Shown here piece by piece: positions 40,587 through 49,680 of a DNA stretch of 64,000 bases; the stretch's first letter is position 1; each line of letters starts with the position of its first letter. The stretch comes from Magnetococcales bacterium (GTDB lineage: Bacteria; Pseudomonadota; Magnetococcia; Magnetococcales; DC0425bin3), in NCBI GenBank assembly GCA_015228935.1, contig JADGCO010000001.1, forward strand, positions 148,103 to 212,102. The letters run 5' to 3'. The notes under the pieces were generated by a model. It ran no database searches and was not told where the DNA came from. It saw nothing but the letters and a program-made list of their open reading frames with translations. Both the position numbers and the translations under genes were made by a program.

Positions 40587-42287
40587 ATGATACGTTTTTT
40601 CTCGACCATTGGCGGCAGGATGTTGATCCTGGTAGGTGGGGTCATTCTGTTGAACGTAGTCACCATGGTCGCCTTTTATACCAAAAGTCAGGAGCAAAGC
40701 ATCCTGTCGCAAAACGAGGCCAATATGGGCAAGATGGCCGAAGCGGTTTCCCACGGCTTGCAGTCAGTCATGCTGGGCGGTTACGCGGATATTGCCCACG
40801 CCTACGCGGATGGCCTCAAGCGGGTGCGGGATGTGGAGGATTTCCGTATTCTCCGGATGGATGGCAACGAAGCCTTTCAGGACAATAAAACGATTCACGA
40901 TGTCAACACACGGATGGGGAGCGATGAATTCCAGCCACGAAAGGAGGAACGGGCAGTGCCGGTGTTGGCCAGGGATGACGCAAACCTCAAAAAGGTGTTG
41001 CAGGATAAAAAAACATCGATCTTGTATCATGGCGGCGACAATAAAGAAAAAAAATTGACCTTTCTGCTGCCGATTCTGGCGGAAAAGTCCTGCTACCGCT
41101 GCCATGGCAAAGAGAATCCTGTACGCGGAATATTGAAACTGACCACCTCGCTGGCATCGGTACACGAAGCGATCAGGGCCACCCGGATCCAGGCCACCAT
41201 GATCCTGGCTGCAAGCATTCTGGGAAGTCTTCTGGTGGTTGGTTTCCTGATCCGGTATTCACTGGTGCGGCCGATTGATCGGGTCACTTCGGCGATGGCA
41301 AAGGTTGCGCAGGGGGACTTTTCGCAGCAGGTTCCAGTCATGGGGATGCAAGAGTTGGAGAGGATGGCGAGCAGTTTCAATGTTATGACACGCGAGGTGC
41401 TGGAGGGCTATTCCCACCTGACCGAGGAACAAAACAAGCTGACCACGATCATCCTGTCGGCGCGAGAGGCAATTGTGGTGTCCAATGCCGCCGGGGTCGT
41501 GGTCATCGTCAACCCGGCTGCCGAACGGATCCTGGAAAAGTCGGATCGGGAATTGATTGAAGGCGGCTTCCTCGCCGTGGTGGATGACCCCGCCTATGTG
41601 CGCGCCTTTCTGGACAAGAACGGGGCAGACATGCCCGATACCCTGGTCTACAAGGATCGGATCCTCAATTTCTATGCGGCGACCATTCAAAACAAGCAGG
41701 GAGTTACCATCGGCAGTGCGGCCCTGATCCGTGACATTACCGAGGAGAAGCGCCTGGAAGAGGCGTTGCGTCTGATGTCCTACACCGACAAGCTGACCGG
41801 TCTATACAACCGGCGGCGGTTGGAGGAGTTATTGAGCGGTGAATATAACCGGGCGCGCCGGTACAGTTTATCCCTTTCGGTTTTGTTTTTCGATGTGGAT
41901 CATTTCAAAAAATTCAATGATACATATGGCCACGACATGGGTGACAAAGTGCTGGAGGTGATCGGACATGTCGCCAAAAGCCATTTCCGGACCATGGACT
42001 ATGCCTGTCGCTACGGCGGGGAAGAATTTTGCATCATTTTGCCCAACACCGACGAGGAGGGAGCCTTTTCTTCGGCGGATCGTTTCCGGGAACGGTTGGA
42101 GAATACGGATATCAGCGGGATGCGCGTAACGTGCAGCATCGGAGTGGCCACCTTTCCCGAAGCCGCTGGAGAAAAATGGGATGAATTTCTCAAGCTGGCG
42201 GACAATGCCCTGTACGAGGCCAAGCGTCAGGGACGGAACCGGGTGGTGCAGTGGCGTGCCGGCATGACCGGCAAGGGCGTGCAGTAA
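40587..42287 (+). CDS. Diguanylate cyclase with a periplasmic CxxCH (c-haem, Tll0287/DUF3365-like) sensor, HAMP, PAS and GGDEF domains
   Basis: Track ORF trimmed to ATG 40587, with GGGAGA 10 nt upstream. TM1 is followed by a periplasmic domain of about 175 aa. That domain ends LPILAEKSCYRCHGKENPVRGILKL (CYRCH = 41091-41105). TM2, HAMP and PAS follow, then GGDEF with an intact RYGGEEF. Confidence 0.8.
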   Translation: MIRFFSTIGGRMLILVGGVILLNVVTMVAFYTKSQEQSILSQNEANMGKMAEAVSHGLQSVMLGGYADIAHAYADGLKRVRDVEDFRILRMDGNEAFQDNKTIHDVNTRMGSDEFQPRKEERAVPVLARDDANLKKVLQDKKTSILYHGGDNKEKKLTFLLPILAEKSCYRCHGKENPVRGILKLTTSLASVHEAIRATRIQATMILAASILGSLLVVGFLIRYSLVRPIDRVTSAMAKVAQGDFSQQVPVMGMQELERMASSFNVMTREVLEGYSHLTEEQNKLTTIILSAREAIVVSNAAGVVVIVNPAAERILEKSDRELIEGGFLAVVDDPAYVRAFLDKNGADMPDTLVYKDRILNFYAATIQNKQGVTIGSAALIRDITEEKRLEEALRLMSYTDKLTGLYNRRRLEELLSGEYNRARRYSLSLSVLFFDVDHFKKFNDTYGHDMGDKVLEVIGHVAKSHFRTMDYACRYGGEEFCIILPNTDEEGAFSSADRFRERLENTDISGMRVTCSIGVATFPEAAGEKWDEFLKLADNALYEAKRQGRNRVVQWRAGMTGKGVQ

Positions 42288-42302
42288 GCAGCGCACTGAA
42301 AA

Positions 42303-42443
42303 TCACTGGCAGGCTTTCCCTGGCCGATGCAACAGGTCAAGTTCCGTCAGGAGGTCTGGCTCCAGAAAATTCCGCAGCAAATCGGCCACCATTTCCGGAT
42401 GGGAAAAGATGCGGTGGTAGATGGAATCATCGTCGTCGATCAT
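42303..42443 (-). pseudogene. N-terminal fragment of an Rpn-family (YhgA-like PD-(D/E)XK) recombination-promoting nuclease / putative transposase
   Basis: 46-codon ORF MIDDDDSIYHRIFSHPEMVADLLRNFLEPDLLTELDLLHRPGKACQ*. The Y..lFSHPEMV.DLL..F. motif is the characteristic N-terminus of proteins of about 300 aa. Here it is truncated after 46 aa. Confidence 0.6.
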
Positions 42444-42465
42444 GCCCGGCATCGTACCTCATTGC

Positions 42466-42596
42466 CGGGAACACGCAAAGGGCAATCTCATCAATATGAA
42501 ATCGAAGACGATGTGATGCAATCACTATCCATTACGCGACGCGAATTTCACGGCGAGTGGAACTACAGCATTGCACCGGGGGGATGTGTTGCATGA
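42466..42596 (+). pseudogene. C-terminal fragment of an ISAzo13-family transposase
   Basis: The tail of track ORF 42327-42596 reads ...YEIEDDVMQSLSITRREFHGEWNYSIAPGG*. FHGEWNY(T/S)I.P is the signature C-terminus of ISAzo13-type DDE transposases. No DDE core lies upstream. Confidence 0.55.
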
Positions 42597-42627
42597 AGGA
42601 CTTGTTCAAGTTATTTTGAACAGCCTC

Positions 42628-42822
42628 CTAACCGGCATTCGCCCCGGTTTTGGTTTCCGCCACCACCTTGCCAGTGCTGTCGATGATCTGGACAGTACTC
42701 CCGACCACCGGGCCGTCGATGACGGTCCCGGAGAGGGTCGTTGCACCTGACCCATTGTCTTGATTATCTTTCTTGCATCCAGGCAAAACCAATAGAGAAG
42801 AGAATATAACCTGTGGGTTATT
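42628..42822 (-). pseudogene. Possible lipoprotein gene remnant
   Basis: A 65-codon open frame bounded by two TAG codons: NNPQVIFSSLLVLPGC|KKDNQDNGSGATTLSGTVIDGPVVGSTVQIIDSTGKVVAETKTGANAG*. It has a lipobox-like LPGC and a start resembling a carboxypeptidase-regulatory domain. There is no usable start codon and the frame is very short. Confidence 0.3.
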
Positions 42823-42958
42823 CTACAGGATTGACATCTCAGAATGCAACCGGATTTTTGCTTTTCCCAGGAAAAATAATTCTGGTAAAGTGGCCCCGAG
42901 GCCCGATAGCCTCGAAGACTCAAGGAAGATGTTTGTTGTCCACGCGGAGAAAAAATCC

Positions 42959-43573
42959 ATGTCCCAAAACCTGACCATTGATGATATCTGGAAACTCTTT
43001 CACGAGACCAATCGACTGTTTCGAGAATCGGAAGCCAGAATGGCACACGATCTCCAGGAAACCAGACGCATTCTCCAGGAAAGCCGCGCCGAAACCGAAC
43101 GCAAATCCCAGGAAACCGATAAAAAAATCAAGGAGGTCACAACACTGGTCGGCAGATTGGGTGGTCGTTGGGGAGAATTTGTGGAAGGTCTGGTGGCACC
43201 AGCCTGCGAAACCCTGTTCGCCCAGCGGGGCATCCCGATCCATCAGGTCAGTCCTCATGTCAAGGCCGCTCTTCCCGGCAACCGTCATATGGAAATCGAT
43301 CTTCTGGTTGCCAATACCGATGTCGTCGCCCTGGTGGAAGTCAAGAGCCGCTTGACGAGCGAAGACGTGCGTGAACATCAGACACGCATGGCCGAGTTCA
43401 AGGAGTTTTTTCCCATATATGCCGACAAACGGGCCATGGGAGCCATGGCCGGTATCTTGATCGACAAGGACGTGGATCGTCACGTCATGAATGCGGGTTT
43501 TTTTCTCATCGTGCAATCGGGTGATTCCGTACAACTGGCCAACGACATGGATTTCGTGCCCAGGGTTTGGTGA
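42959..43573 (+). CDS. DUF3782-like coiled-coil plus PD-(D/E)XK nuclease-fold protein
   Basis: Track ORF trimmed to ATG 42959. The N-terminal part is a charged coiled coil (RESEARMAHDLQETRRILQESRAETERKSQETDKKIKE). The core MEIDLLVANTDVVALVEVKSRL has a D...E.K arrangement. Confidence 0.6.
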   Translation: MSQNLTIDDIWKLFHETNRLFRESEARMAHDLQETRRILQESRAETERKSQETDKKIKEVTTLVGRLGGRWGEFVEGLVAPACETLFAQRGIPIHQVSPHVKAALPGNRHMEIDLLVANTDVVALVEVKSRLTSEDVREHQTRMAEFKEFFPIYADKRAMGAMAGILIDKDVDRHVMNAGFFLIVQSGDSVQLANDMDFVPRVW

Positions 43574-43610
43574 AAGCGAGAAATTCTGTGGGGTTGGATT
43601 GTTTCGACGA

Positions 43611-44687
43611 TCACTGTCGATGCTGGCCCAGAACGAGCCTTTTTTTGAAGTTTTTCGGCATCGATTTTTGGGGACTCTGGAGATTGGTCAACAGGAGATC
43701 CGGCTCCAGAATCCAGGTGGGTGGTTTTGGTTGGAGTCTGGCGCGTCCCTGGGTTTGCAGGCCAGCCGTATTCAGGTACAGATGAGTCACGTTGACTTGT
43801 TGTCCCTGTCTGGCGGCCTGGACGACCAGATGGTCAATGACCAGGGGTTCCGTGGCCGGGAGGGGCGTGAGTCCTGCAAATTGAGCCAGTTGCCGAAGGA
43901 TGCCCCGGGTCTCCTGGACCAGAAAGGGGAGTGAATCCGGCAGGATGGATGGCCCACCGGGCAGAGGAGGGGCGGTCACCTGTGCCAGCCAGCCGTGCCA
44001 TGCCTCCTGACCCGGAGTGATATTCAACACCTCAAGTGTGGCATCCCTGGCCTCGATGCCTTCCACGGCCAGGGAGGATATCTGAACCCGGCCCGGACAC
44101 TGCGGGCTGCCGGTGGCATGCAGGCCGGAAAACCGGACATCATGCAGGGGGGGCAGATCCGGAATTCCTTCCGGAATTTTCTGGAGATTGCCTTCTGCCA
44201 CGGTGAGTTCCCAGCGATTGTCACCGGTACGGCGCAGGTTCAGGTTGTGCAGGGTGCCTTCCGGCGGGATCACCTTGTCAGCCTGGACCTCGATACTTTT
44301 GCCGGCCAGTCTGGCAACAACCCCTTCCAGACGCAGATCGTGAATCGGCAGCCGGACATCCTTGAGGGCCGGGGAGCGGGTCCAGAGAGCGATCAGGGCA
44401 GCGATGCGTTGTGGGTCACCCTGAAAATATTCAAGACGCAGCTCCACTTGCACAGGAGCCAGCGCATGGATCACCAGCCGGCCACGCATCTGCATGTCCG
44501 GTTCGTCCATTTTGAGAATTTGTTCCAGCAACTCGGACTTGGGTTTGGGTGCAAACGGAATCTGAACCGGGGGGGCAGTCCGGCAGGCCGAATCTCCCTC
44601 CGGCATGGGGGAGGGGGCGGCGGCCTGCACGGGTACCGGTCCGGTCAGTAGCAGATAAAACAAGAGGAGTCGGCTGGCAAAGGTCAT
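43611..44687 (-). CDS. Hypothetical secreted protein
   Basis: Track ORF trimmed to ATG 44687 (MTFASRLLLFYLLLTGPVPVQAAAP signal peptide). 358 aa, no recognised domain. Confidence 0.5.
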   Translation of the reverse strand: MTFASRLLLFYLLLTGPVPVQAAAPSPMPEGDSACRTAPPVQIPFAPKPKSELLEQILKMDEPDMQMRGRLVIHALAPVQVELRLEYFQGDPQRIAALIALWTRSPALKDVRLPIHDLRLEGVVARLAGKSIEVQADKVIPPEGTLHNLNLRRTGDNRWELTVAEGNLQKIPEGIPDLPPLHDVRFSGLHATGSPQCPGRVQISSLAVEGIEARDATLEVLNITPGQEAWHGWLAQVTAPPLPGGPSILPDSLPFLVQETRGILRQLAQFAGLTPLPATEPLVIDHLVVQAARQGQQVNVTHLYLNTAGLQTQGRARLQPKPPTWILEPDLLLTNLQSPQKSMPKNFKKRLVLGQHRQ

Positions 44688-44991
44688 GTGGAAAATCCAT
44701 GAATGTATTGGTTGGAATGCGATTGACTGTGGTAGAATTTTCCCCGGAAGGAGCGCATGACGACCACAGATGTGCTTGATACTCGGATGGTGGCAGGGAC
44801 CTGGTCCCGGAACGTTTTCCTGCCCTGCGCTGACACATCGCGTATTCTGTCGCAATCTGATGGATCAAGCGCAAGCAAGCAAGGAGAGAAATTGCAATAC
44901 GGAGAAGCTCTGATGGGCAATTTCAGTTTTTTATTAAAGGGAACGGCAATATAGTTGAATAATCCGAATTCTTATTCAAGGATCGTTTCAC

Positions 44992-46155
44992 ATGCGGCGT
45001 GATAGGACCGGCCAATATGTCACCAGCATTGCCGGAGGTGAGTCCGTCCAGGCCTTTGTGCCCAGCCCGTTGCCTCCTGTGCCGCCATTGGATCTGAGCG
45101 GTGAGCGACAGGAAACGCTGGAAAAGGCCACTTTGGCGTTAGGGCGTCTCGACAGCATTGCATGGCTTTTGCCCGATCCGAAACTCTATTTGTATTCCTA
45201 TGTGCGTCGCGAGGCGGTGTTGTCGTCGCAGATTGAGGGGACGCAATCCTCGCTTGCAGATCTGCTGTTGTTTGAGTTGGACGAGGTGCCAGGTGTTCCA
45301 TTCGATGATGTGGTGGAGGTTTCCAACCATGTCGCCGCACTGGAACACGGCGTGGCGCGGTTGCGGGAGGGATTTCCCTTGTGCAACCGGCTGGTGCGGG
45401 AGATGCACGCCAAACTGATGGCGCGAGGGCGCGGCAGCAACAAGGCTCCCGGTGAGTTTCGGCGAAGTCAGAACTGGATCGGCGGCACCCGTCCCGGTAA
45501 CGCCTTTTTCGTGCCGCCGCCGCCCCAGGAGGTCGAGAGGTGCATGGCCGCATTGGAGGAATTCATCCATGGCGCGACCGGGAAGATGCCGGTTTTGCTC
45601 AAGGCGGCTTTGGTGCATCTGCAATTCGAGACCATCCACCCCTTTCTGGATGGCAATGGACGGTTGGGGCGTTTGCTGATTGCATTGGTACTGCATGAAG
45701 GCGGTGCGCTGACGCAGCCGTTGCTCTATTTGAGTCTCTATTTCAAGCAGCACCGGTCATTGTATTATGATTTGCTCAATCGCGTGCGCCTCTCCGGGGA
45801 GTGGGAAGTCTGGGTGGATTTTTTTCTCGAAGGGGTGGAAGAGACCGCCAATGGGGCCGTGCAGACCGCCCGGCGGCTGGTGACGCTCTTCGAGCAGGAT
45901 ACCCGGCGCGTCCAGGGCAGTGGACGTGGGGCTTCCACCCTCTTGCGTGTTCTCGACACTTTGCGGCAAAGACCATTGTGCAGCCTGAACCAGCTTTGCC
46001 AGAATGCAGGCATCTCGTTCCCCACCGCATCCAAATCCATGCTGACCCTGGTGAACCTGGGCATCGCCCGCGAACTCACCGGTCAGCGCCGCAACCGAAT
46101 GTTTGTGTACGATGGATATCTCAATATCCTGAATGAAGGAGGTGATGCACTGTAA
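44992..46155 (+). CDS. Fic-family protein (AMPylase-type), with an N-terminal inhibitory-helix motif and a C-terminal wHTH-like region
   Basis: 387 aa. The Fic motif is HPFLDGNGRLGRLL. The upstream SSQIEGT fits the [ST]xxxE[GN] auto-inhibition motif. Confidence 0.9.
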   Translation: MRRDRTGQYVTSIAGGESVQAFVPSPLPPVPPLDLSGERQETLEKATLALGRLDSIAWLLPDPKLYLYSYVRREAVLSSQIEGTQSSLADLLLFELDEVPGVPFDDVVEVSNHVAALEHGVARLREGFPLCNRLVREMHAKLMARGRGSNKAPGEFRRSQNWIGGTRPGNAFFVPPPPQEVERCMAALEEFIHGATGKMPVLLKAALVHLQFETIHPFLDGNGRLGRLLIALVLHEGGALTQPLLYLSLYFKQHRSLYYDLLNRVRLSGEWEVWVDFFLEGVEETANGAVQTARRLVTLFEQDTRRVQGSGRGASTLLRVLDTLRQRPLCSLNQLCQNAGISFPTASKSMLTLVNLGIARELTGQRRNRMFVYDGYLNILNEGGDAL

Positions 46156-46191
46156 TATCGAGTAACCATCTGACCTGCAAAGCACGCTCAC

Positions 46192-48300
46192 TCAAAACCC
46201 GCTTTCCCGTATCACGAGGCTGCGGGCGGAGCGGTACATGGAGTCGAGAATGCTGAGGGGTTGACCGGTCAGATGTACCGTGCCGCGCAAAATGTGGAGC
46301 ATGCCGTGTGCGGGGGTCAGGTAGGGTTCGAGTTGGACGAGATAGAGGGCGGTGAGAGGAATGGCTTCGCCTTGGGCATTGGCCTTGGCGGGGATTTCCC
46401 CGCCGAGATGCGATCCCAGCCAGGGATGATGCAACTGTTTGGTGTTGGTGCTTTCGATGCGGGTGACACGTGCCCTCAGGGTGGGAAGATCACCCATTTC
46501 CGGAAAAAATTCCCCCTCGCCGCCAAACAATACCAGATCCCGGCGCGTCTCTTCCACATAAGCCTCGATGACCCAGCGTTGGAAATTGGCCAGTTCCAGC
46601 AGGGGTTCGGTCATGCCGATCCAGTCGCCGGGGTGGAGATGTTCCAGGCGATGGACCACCAGGCCGTCGGTTGGCGCGGTCAGGGTGAGTTGTTCCCGTT
46701 GCCGGAGAAGTCCCTGCTGTTCGGCAAGGCGGGAACTCAGTTTCTGGCGGATATCCCGGCGCTGATCGAGAAGATCGATCTGGACCGAGTGCAGGGAGAG
46801 TTGTTGGCGCAGAAGCGTGATTTCTGTCTGGGTCTGTTTGATCTTGTGGGTCAGATCGGGAGAGGAGAGACGGGCCAGGATCCGGCCTTGCTGCACCGTC
46901 TCCCCTTTGGTCACTTCCCAGGCGTCCAGGCGGGCGGGAACCGGGGCATACAAGGCTGGCGGGTGTTCGGGACGTAACAGGGCCGGGACTTCCACGCGGT
47001 GGTGCCAGGGGTGAACCAGGAACAAAATCAGGCCGGTGAAGAAGAGGGTGGTCAAGGTGGTATGGAGGTTGATATGCAGGCGCTGCCGCAATTGCCACCA
47101 GCTTCCCAGCTCCAGCATGACCGGACGCAGAATGAACCAACCCACTTCCACGAGCATGAGTACGACGCCCAGCAGCTTGAAGAAATAATGGTAGACCAGC
47201 AGGGCAATGCTCATGAACAAGACCAGCCGATAGGTCCAGGAAAGATACGCGAACAGAATCAGGAAAGGGCGGGTTTGATGCAGATCGGGTTCCGGATCTG
47301 GATCTCCCAGGCCCAATAAAAGTTCGCGCAGCCACCAGCGGCCCAGGGCACCGGAACGGGCATGGAGGTTTTGGACCTCGATCCAGTCGGAGAGCATGTA
47401 GTAGGCATCGAAGCGCAAAAAAGGACTGAGATTGACCGCCAGGGTCATGGTCCAGCCGCTGGTGGCCAGAAAAAAGGCGGCACTGCGGGCCGGACCATCC
47501 GGGAGGAAACTCCACAGCAGCGTGGCCCAGGAAGCCAGAACCAGTTCGGCGGCAATGCCGGCGAGTCCCACGATGACACGTTGTTTGCGTTCCGGCAGTT
47601 TCCAGACGGCGGTGACATCCGAGTAGAGGACCGGCCACATGACCAGAAAGGCCACTCCCATCGTCGGGACAGGACAGCCATGGCGTTTGGCGGCCAGGAC
47701 ATGGCCAAATTCGTGGATGGCCTTGGAAGCAAAGACGGCCAGGGCCATCATGATGGCCCCGTCCAGGGTAAAATGACTCGTCAGGGTGGCAAAAAATATG
47801 TCCCATTGGCGACTGACCAAGGTGATTCCGGCCAGGGTGACCACAGCCATGAAGAGCCAGAAGCCACGGGAAAAAGCCCACGCCATGGAGGGCAGAATGG
47901 CTTCCAGAAAACGATCCGGGCGCAGCAGGGGGACCCGGAAAAAAAGATAGGCGTGAAACAGGATCTGGTACCAGTTTTGTTGGGTTCCCGTCGCCTGGCG
48001 GTGCAGGCGGGCCAGATCGGACTTGCCCTGGATGCGGACCAGATTGTGGGTGGTCAGAAAACGGGCCACGTCCAGAACCTGCTCGGCCCGCACATGGACG
48101 GGGGTTTCGTGGGTGGCGCGGGCGGCAATCTGCTCGGCGCTGCCCATGTTCCAGCGGGAAAGAATTTCAAATTCGCGCCAGCCGATGCGAAAATAGTGGT
48201 TGCTGGCCGGGTCGTGGATGGTCCAGGTCGGGGCATGGTTGCGGGTCCGGGGTCCGGGGAAGAGGTGGAGTTCCTCCCGGAGAGGGGGGAGGGTCGTCAT
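46192..48300 (-). CDS. M50 (site-2-protease-type) membrane metalloprotease fused to a C-terminal HlyD-like periplasmic adaptor region
   Basis: 702 aa. HEFGHVLAAKRHG (HExxH inside a TM helix) and NLSPFLRFDAYY (NxxPxxxxD) are the two S2P/M50 motifs. A further TM helix follows. The C-terminal part has a lipoyl-like segment, a coiled coil and a beta-barrel-like segment (VTKGETVQQGRILARLSSPDL...LLRQQLS...). Confidence 0.75.
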   Translation of the reverse strand: MTTLPPLREELHLFPGPRTRNHAPTWTIHDPASNHYFRIGWREFEILSRWNMGSAEQIAARATHETPVHVRAEQVLDVARFLTTHNLVRIQGKSDLARLHRQATGTQQNWYQILFHAYLFFRVPLLRPDRFLEAILPSMAWAFSRGFWLFMAVVTLAGITLVSRQWDIFFATLTSHFTLDGAIMMALAVFASKAIHEFGHVLAAKRHGCPVPTMGVAFLVMWPVLYSDVTAVWKLPERKQRVIVGLAGIAAELVLASWATLLWSFLPDGPARSAAFFLATSGWTMTLAVNLSPFLRFDAYYMLSDWIEVQNLHARSGALGRWWLRELLLGLGDPDPEPDLHQTRPFLILFAYLSWTYRLVLFMSIALLVYHYFFKLLGVVLMLVEVGWFILRPVMLELGSWWQLRQRLHINLHTTLTTLFFTGLILFLVHPWHHRVEVPALLRPEHPPALYAPVPARLDAWEVTKGETVQQGRILARLSSPDLTHKIKQTQTEITLLRQQLSLHSVQIDLLDQRRDIRQKLSSRLAEQQGLLRQREQLTLTAPTDGLVVHRLEHLHPGDWIGMTEPLLELANFQRWVIEAYVEETRRDLVLFGGEGEFFPEMGDLPTLRARVTRIESTNTKQLHHPWLGSHLGGEIPAKANAQGEAIPLTALYLVQLEPYLTPAHGMLHILRGTVHLTGQPLSILDSMYRSARSLVIRESGF

Positions 48301-48306
48301 GTCGAT

Positions 48307-49680
48307 CTATATCCCGGTCATGCGGCGCAAGGCGGCCAGGGGGCGACGCAACAGATAGTGAAACAGGGACACTTCCTGTCCTGTGATCCGGGCCGTGCCA
48401 CGCAAACCAATGCGGGGCGGGGCAATCTCGCCCGCAAAACGGGCCGTGAGTCGATAGGCCAGAAATCCCTCGGGCGCGGAAGTGGGTCGAAAAGCGGATT
48501 CAACCAGGTGGGCCGGCAACGGTTGGTCCGGTTCGCTGTTGCTGAAAAAGTTGACTGCGGCATCGGGTTCCAGACGAATGGCATCCGTGACGGGGAGATG
48601 AATTTCCAGCTCCGTGGCATCCGGGTCGGCAATGACCAGGATGCGTTCTCCCACCGTGACCGGGCGTCCCAGCCAGTCGTTGACATCCTCGAACAGGGCG
48701 ATACCGTCCCGGCTGGCCCGGATGCGGATGCGTTCCAGGAGGTGTTCGACATGGGTCACTTCGGTGCGGCGTTGTTCGACCCGTCCCTGGAGCAGGGCCA
48801 GGCGAATTTTGCTCTCCTGATCGAGGACTGCTTTCTGGGCCTCTTGCCGGTATTCATTCTGGGCGGATTCCAGATCGGTGCGGGCCACATCCAGACGGTT
48901 GCGCAGGTTGGTGTCATCGAGGAGCAGCAGCAGATCACCTTTTTTGACCGTGCGGTTGGGACGCACCAGGAATTGATCGATCACCCCGTCCTGGGGAGAG
49001 CGGACCACAACCGGATCAATCGGAATCACCTCGGCAGGGGCCAGAACCGACATGTCAATCGGGAGAGAGAGTGAACCCGCCAGGACGGCCACCAGGAGCA
49101 GAAGAGGCAGACGGCGGATATCGGGCAGGGGACCGAATTGCAGACGGCGACGGGGTTGCAGTGCCCGCCAGGCGTGGGCATAACTTTCGGCCAGGATGGC
49201 AAGCAGCTCCTGGTCAGTCTGATTCCAGGCCGCTTCCCGGGCCAGCAGCATGCCGCCGGGACGGGCACCAGATGGCAGATTCAGGGGCAGCCACAACAAT
49301 TCGGCAGGCAACCATTCCGCCCAGGCGGATTGGTCGGTCTCCGGGAGGCTTTCCGGGGCAATGACGCGCACCTCCGCAGCATGGGACGACCGGTCCAAAG
49401 TGCCACACAATTGCCGCATCCAGGCCACGAACGGGACTTGTGGATCGATACGGAACAGACCGGAAATGGCCACCACCTCCCCTTGACCGGGGGCGTTTCT
49501 TTGCCACAGGATGGCCTGCCGGTAGGGGGTGAGCAGGTGGGTTTCATTGACCAGGACAAAGCCGAGGGCCTCAATATCCGGGGCATCACGGGCCATCTTG
49601 CCCAGTTCCAGGATCAGGCTCAGACTCCGCAGGCGAAATTGCTGGGAGTCGGGTGTGGTTTTGTGGGCGGTATCGGTCAC
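48307..49680 (-). CDS. HlyD-family adaptor protein with an extra N-terminal cytoplasmic domain of about 190 aa
   Basis: 457 aa. After a TM helix (LPLLLLVAVLAGSL) come VVVRSPQDGVIDQFLVRPNRTVKKGDLLLLLDD, a coiled coil and a barrel. The N-terminal domain is not recognised. Confidence 0.7.
   Translation of the reverse strand: MTDTAHKTTPDSQQFRLRSLSLILELGKMARDAPDIEALGFVLVNETHLLTPYRQAILWQRNAPGQGEVVAISGLFRIDPQVPFVAWMRQLCGTLDRSSHAAEVRVIAPESLPETDQSAWAEWLPAELLWLPLNLPSGARPGGMLLAREAAWNQTDQELLAILAESYAHAWRALQPRRRLQFGPLPDIRRLPLLLLVAVLAGSLSLPIDMSVLAPAEVIPIDPVVVRSPQDGVIDQFLVRPNRTVKKGDLLLLLDDTNLRNRLDVARTDLESAQNEYRQEAQKAVLDQESKIRLALLQGRVEQRRTEVTHVEHLLERIRIRASRDGIALFEDVNDWLGRPVTVGERILVIADPDATELEIHLPVTDAIRLEPDAAVNFFSNSEPDQPLPAHLVESAFRPTSAPEGFLAYRLTARFAGEIAPPRIGLRGTARITGQEVSLFHYLLRRPLAALRRMTGI

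Noticed and set aside
42606-43046. 146-aa minus-strand ORF
   Set aside because: It overlaps the start of the PD-(D/E)XK gene and the lipoprotein-like remnant in a different frame. The product is not protein-like.
46490-49074. 463-aa minus-strand alternate-frame ORF (46490-47881) and 570-aa plus-strand ORF (47362-49074)
   Set aside because: They overlap the M50 and HlyD genes. Their products are Pro/Arg/Gly-rich low-complexity sequence, whereas the chosen frames carry HExxH/NxxPxxxxD and adaptor motifs.
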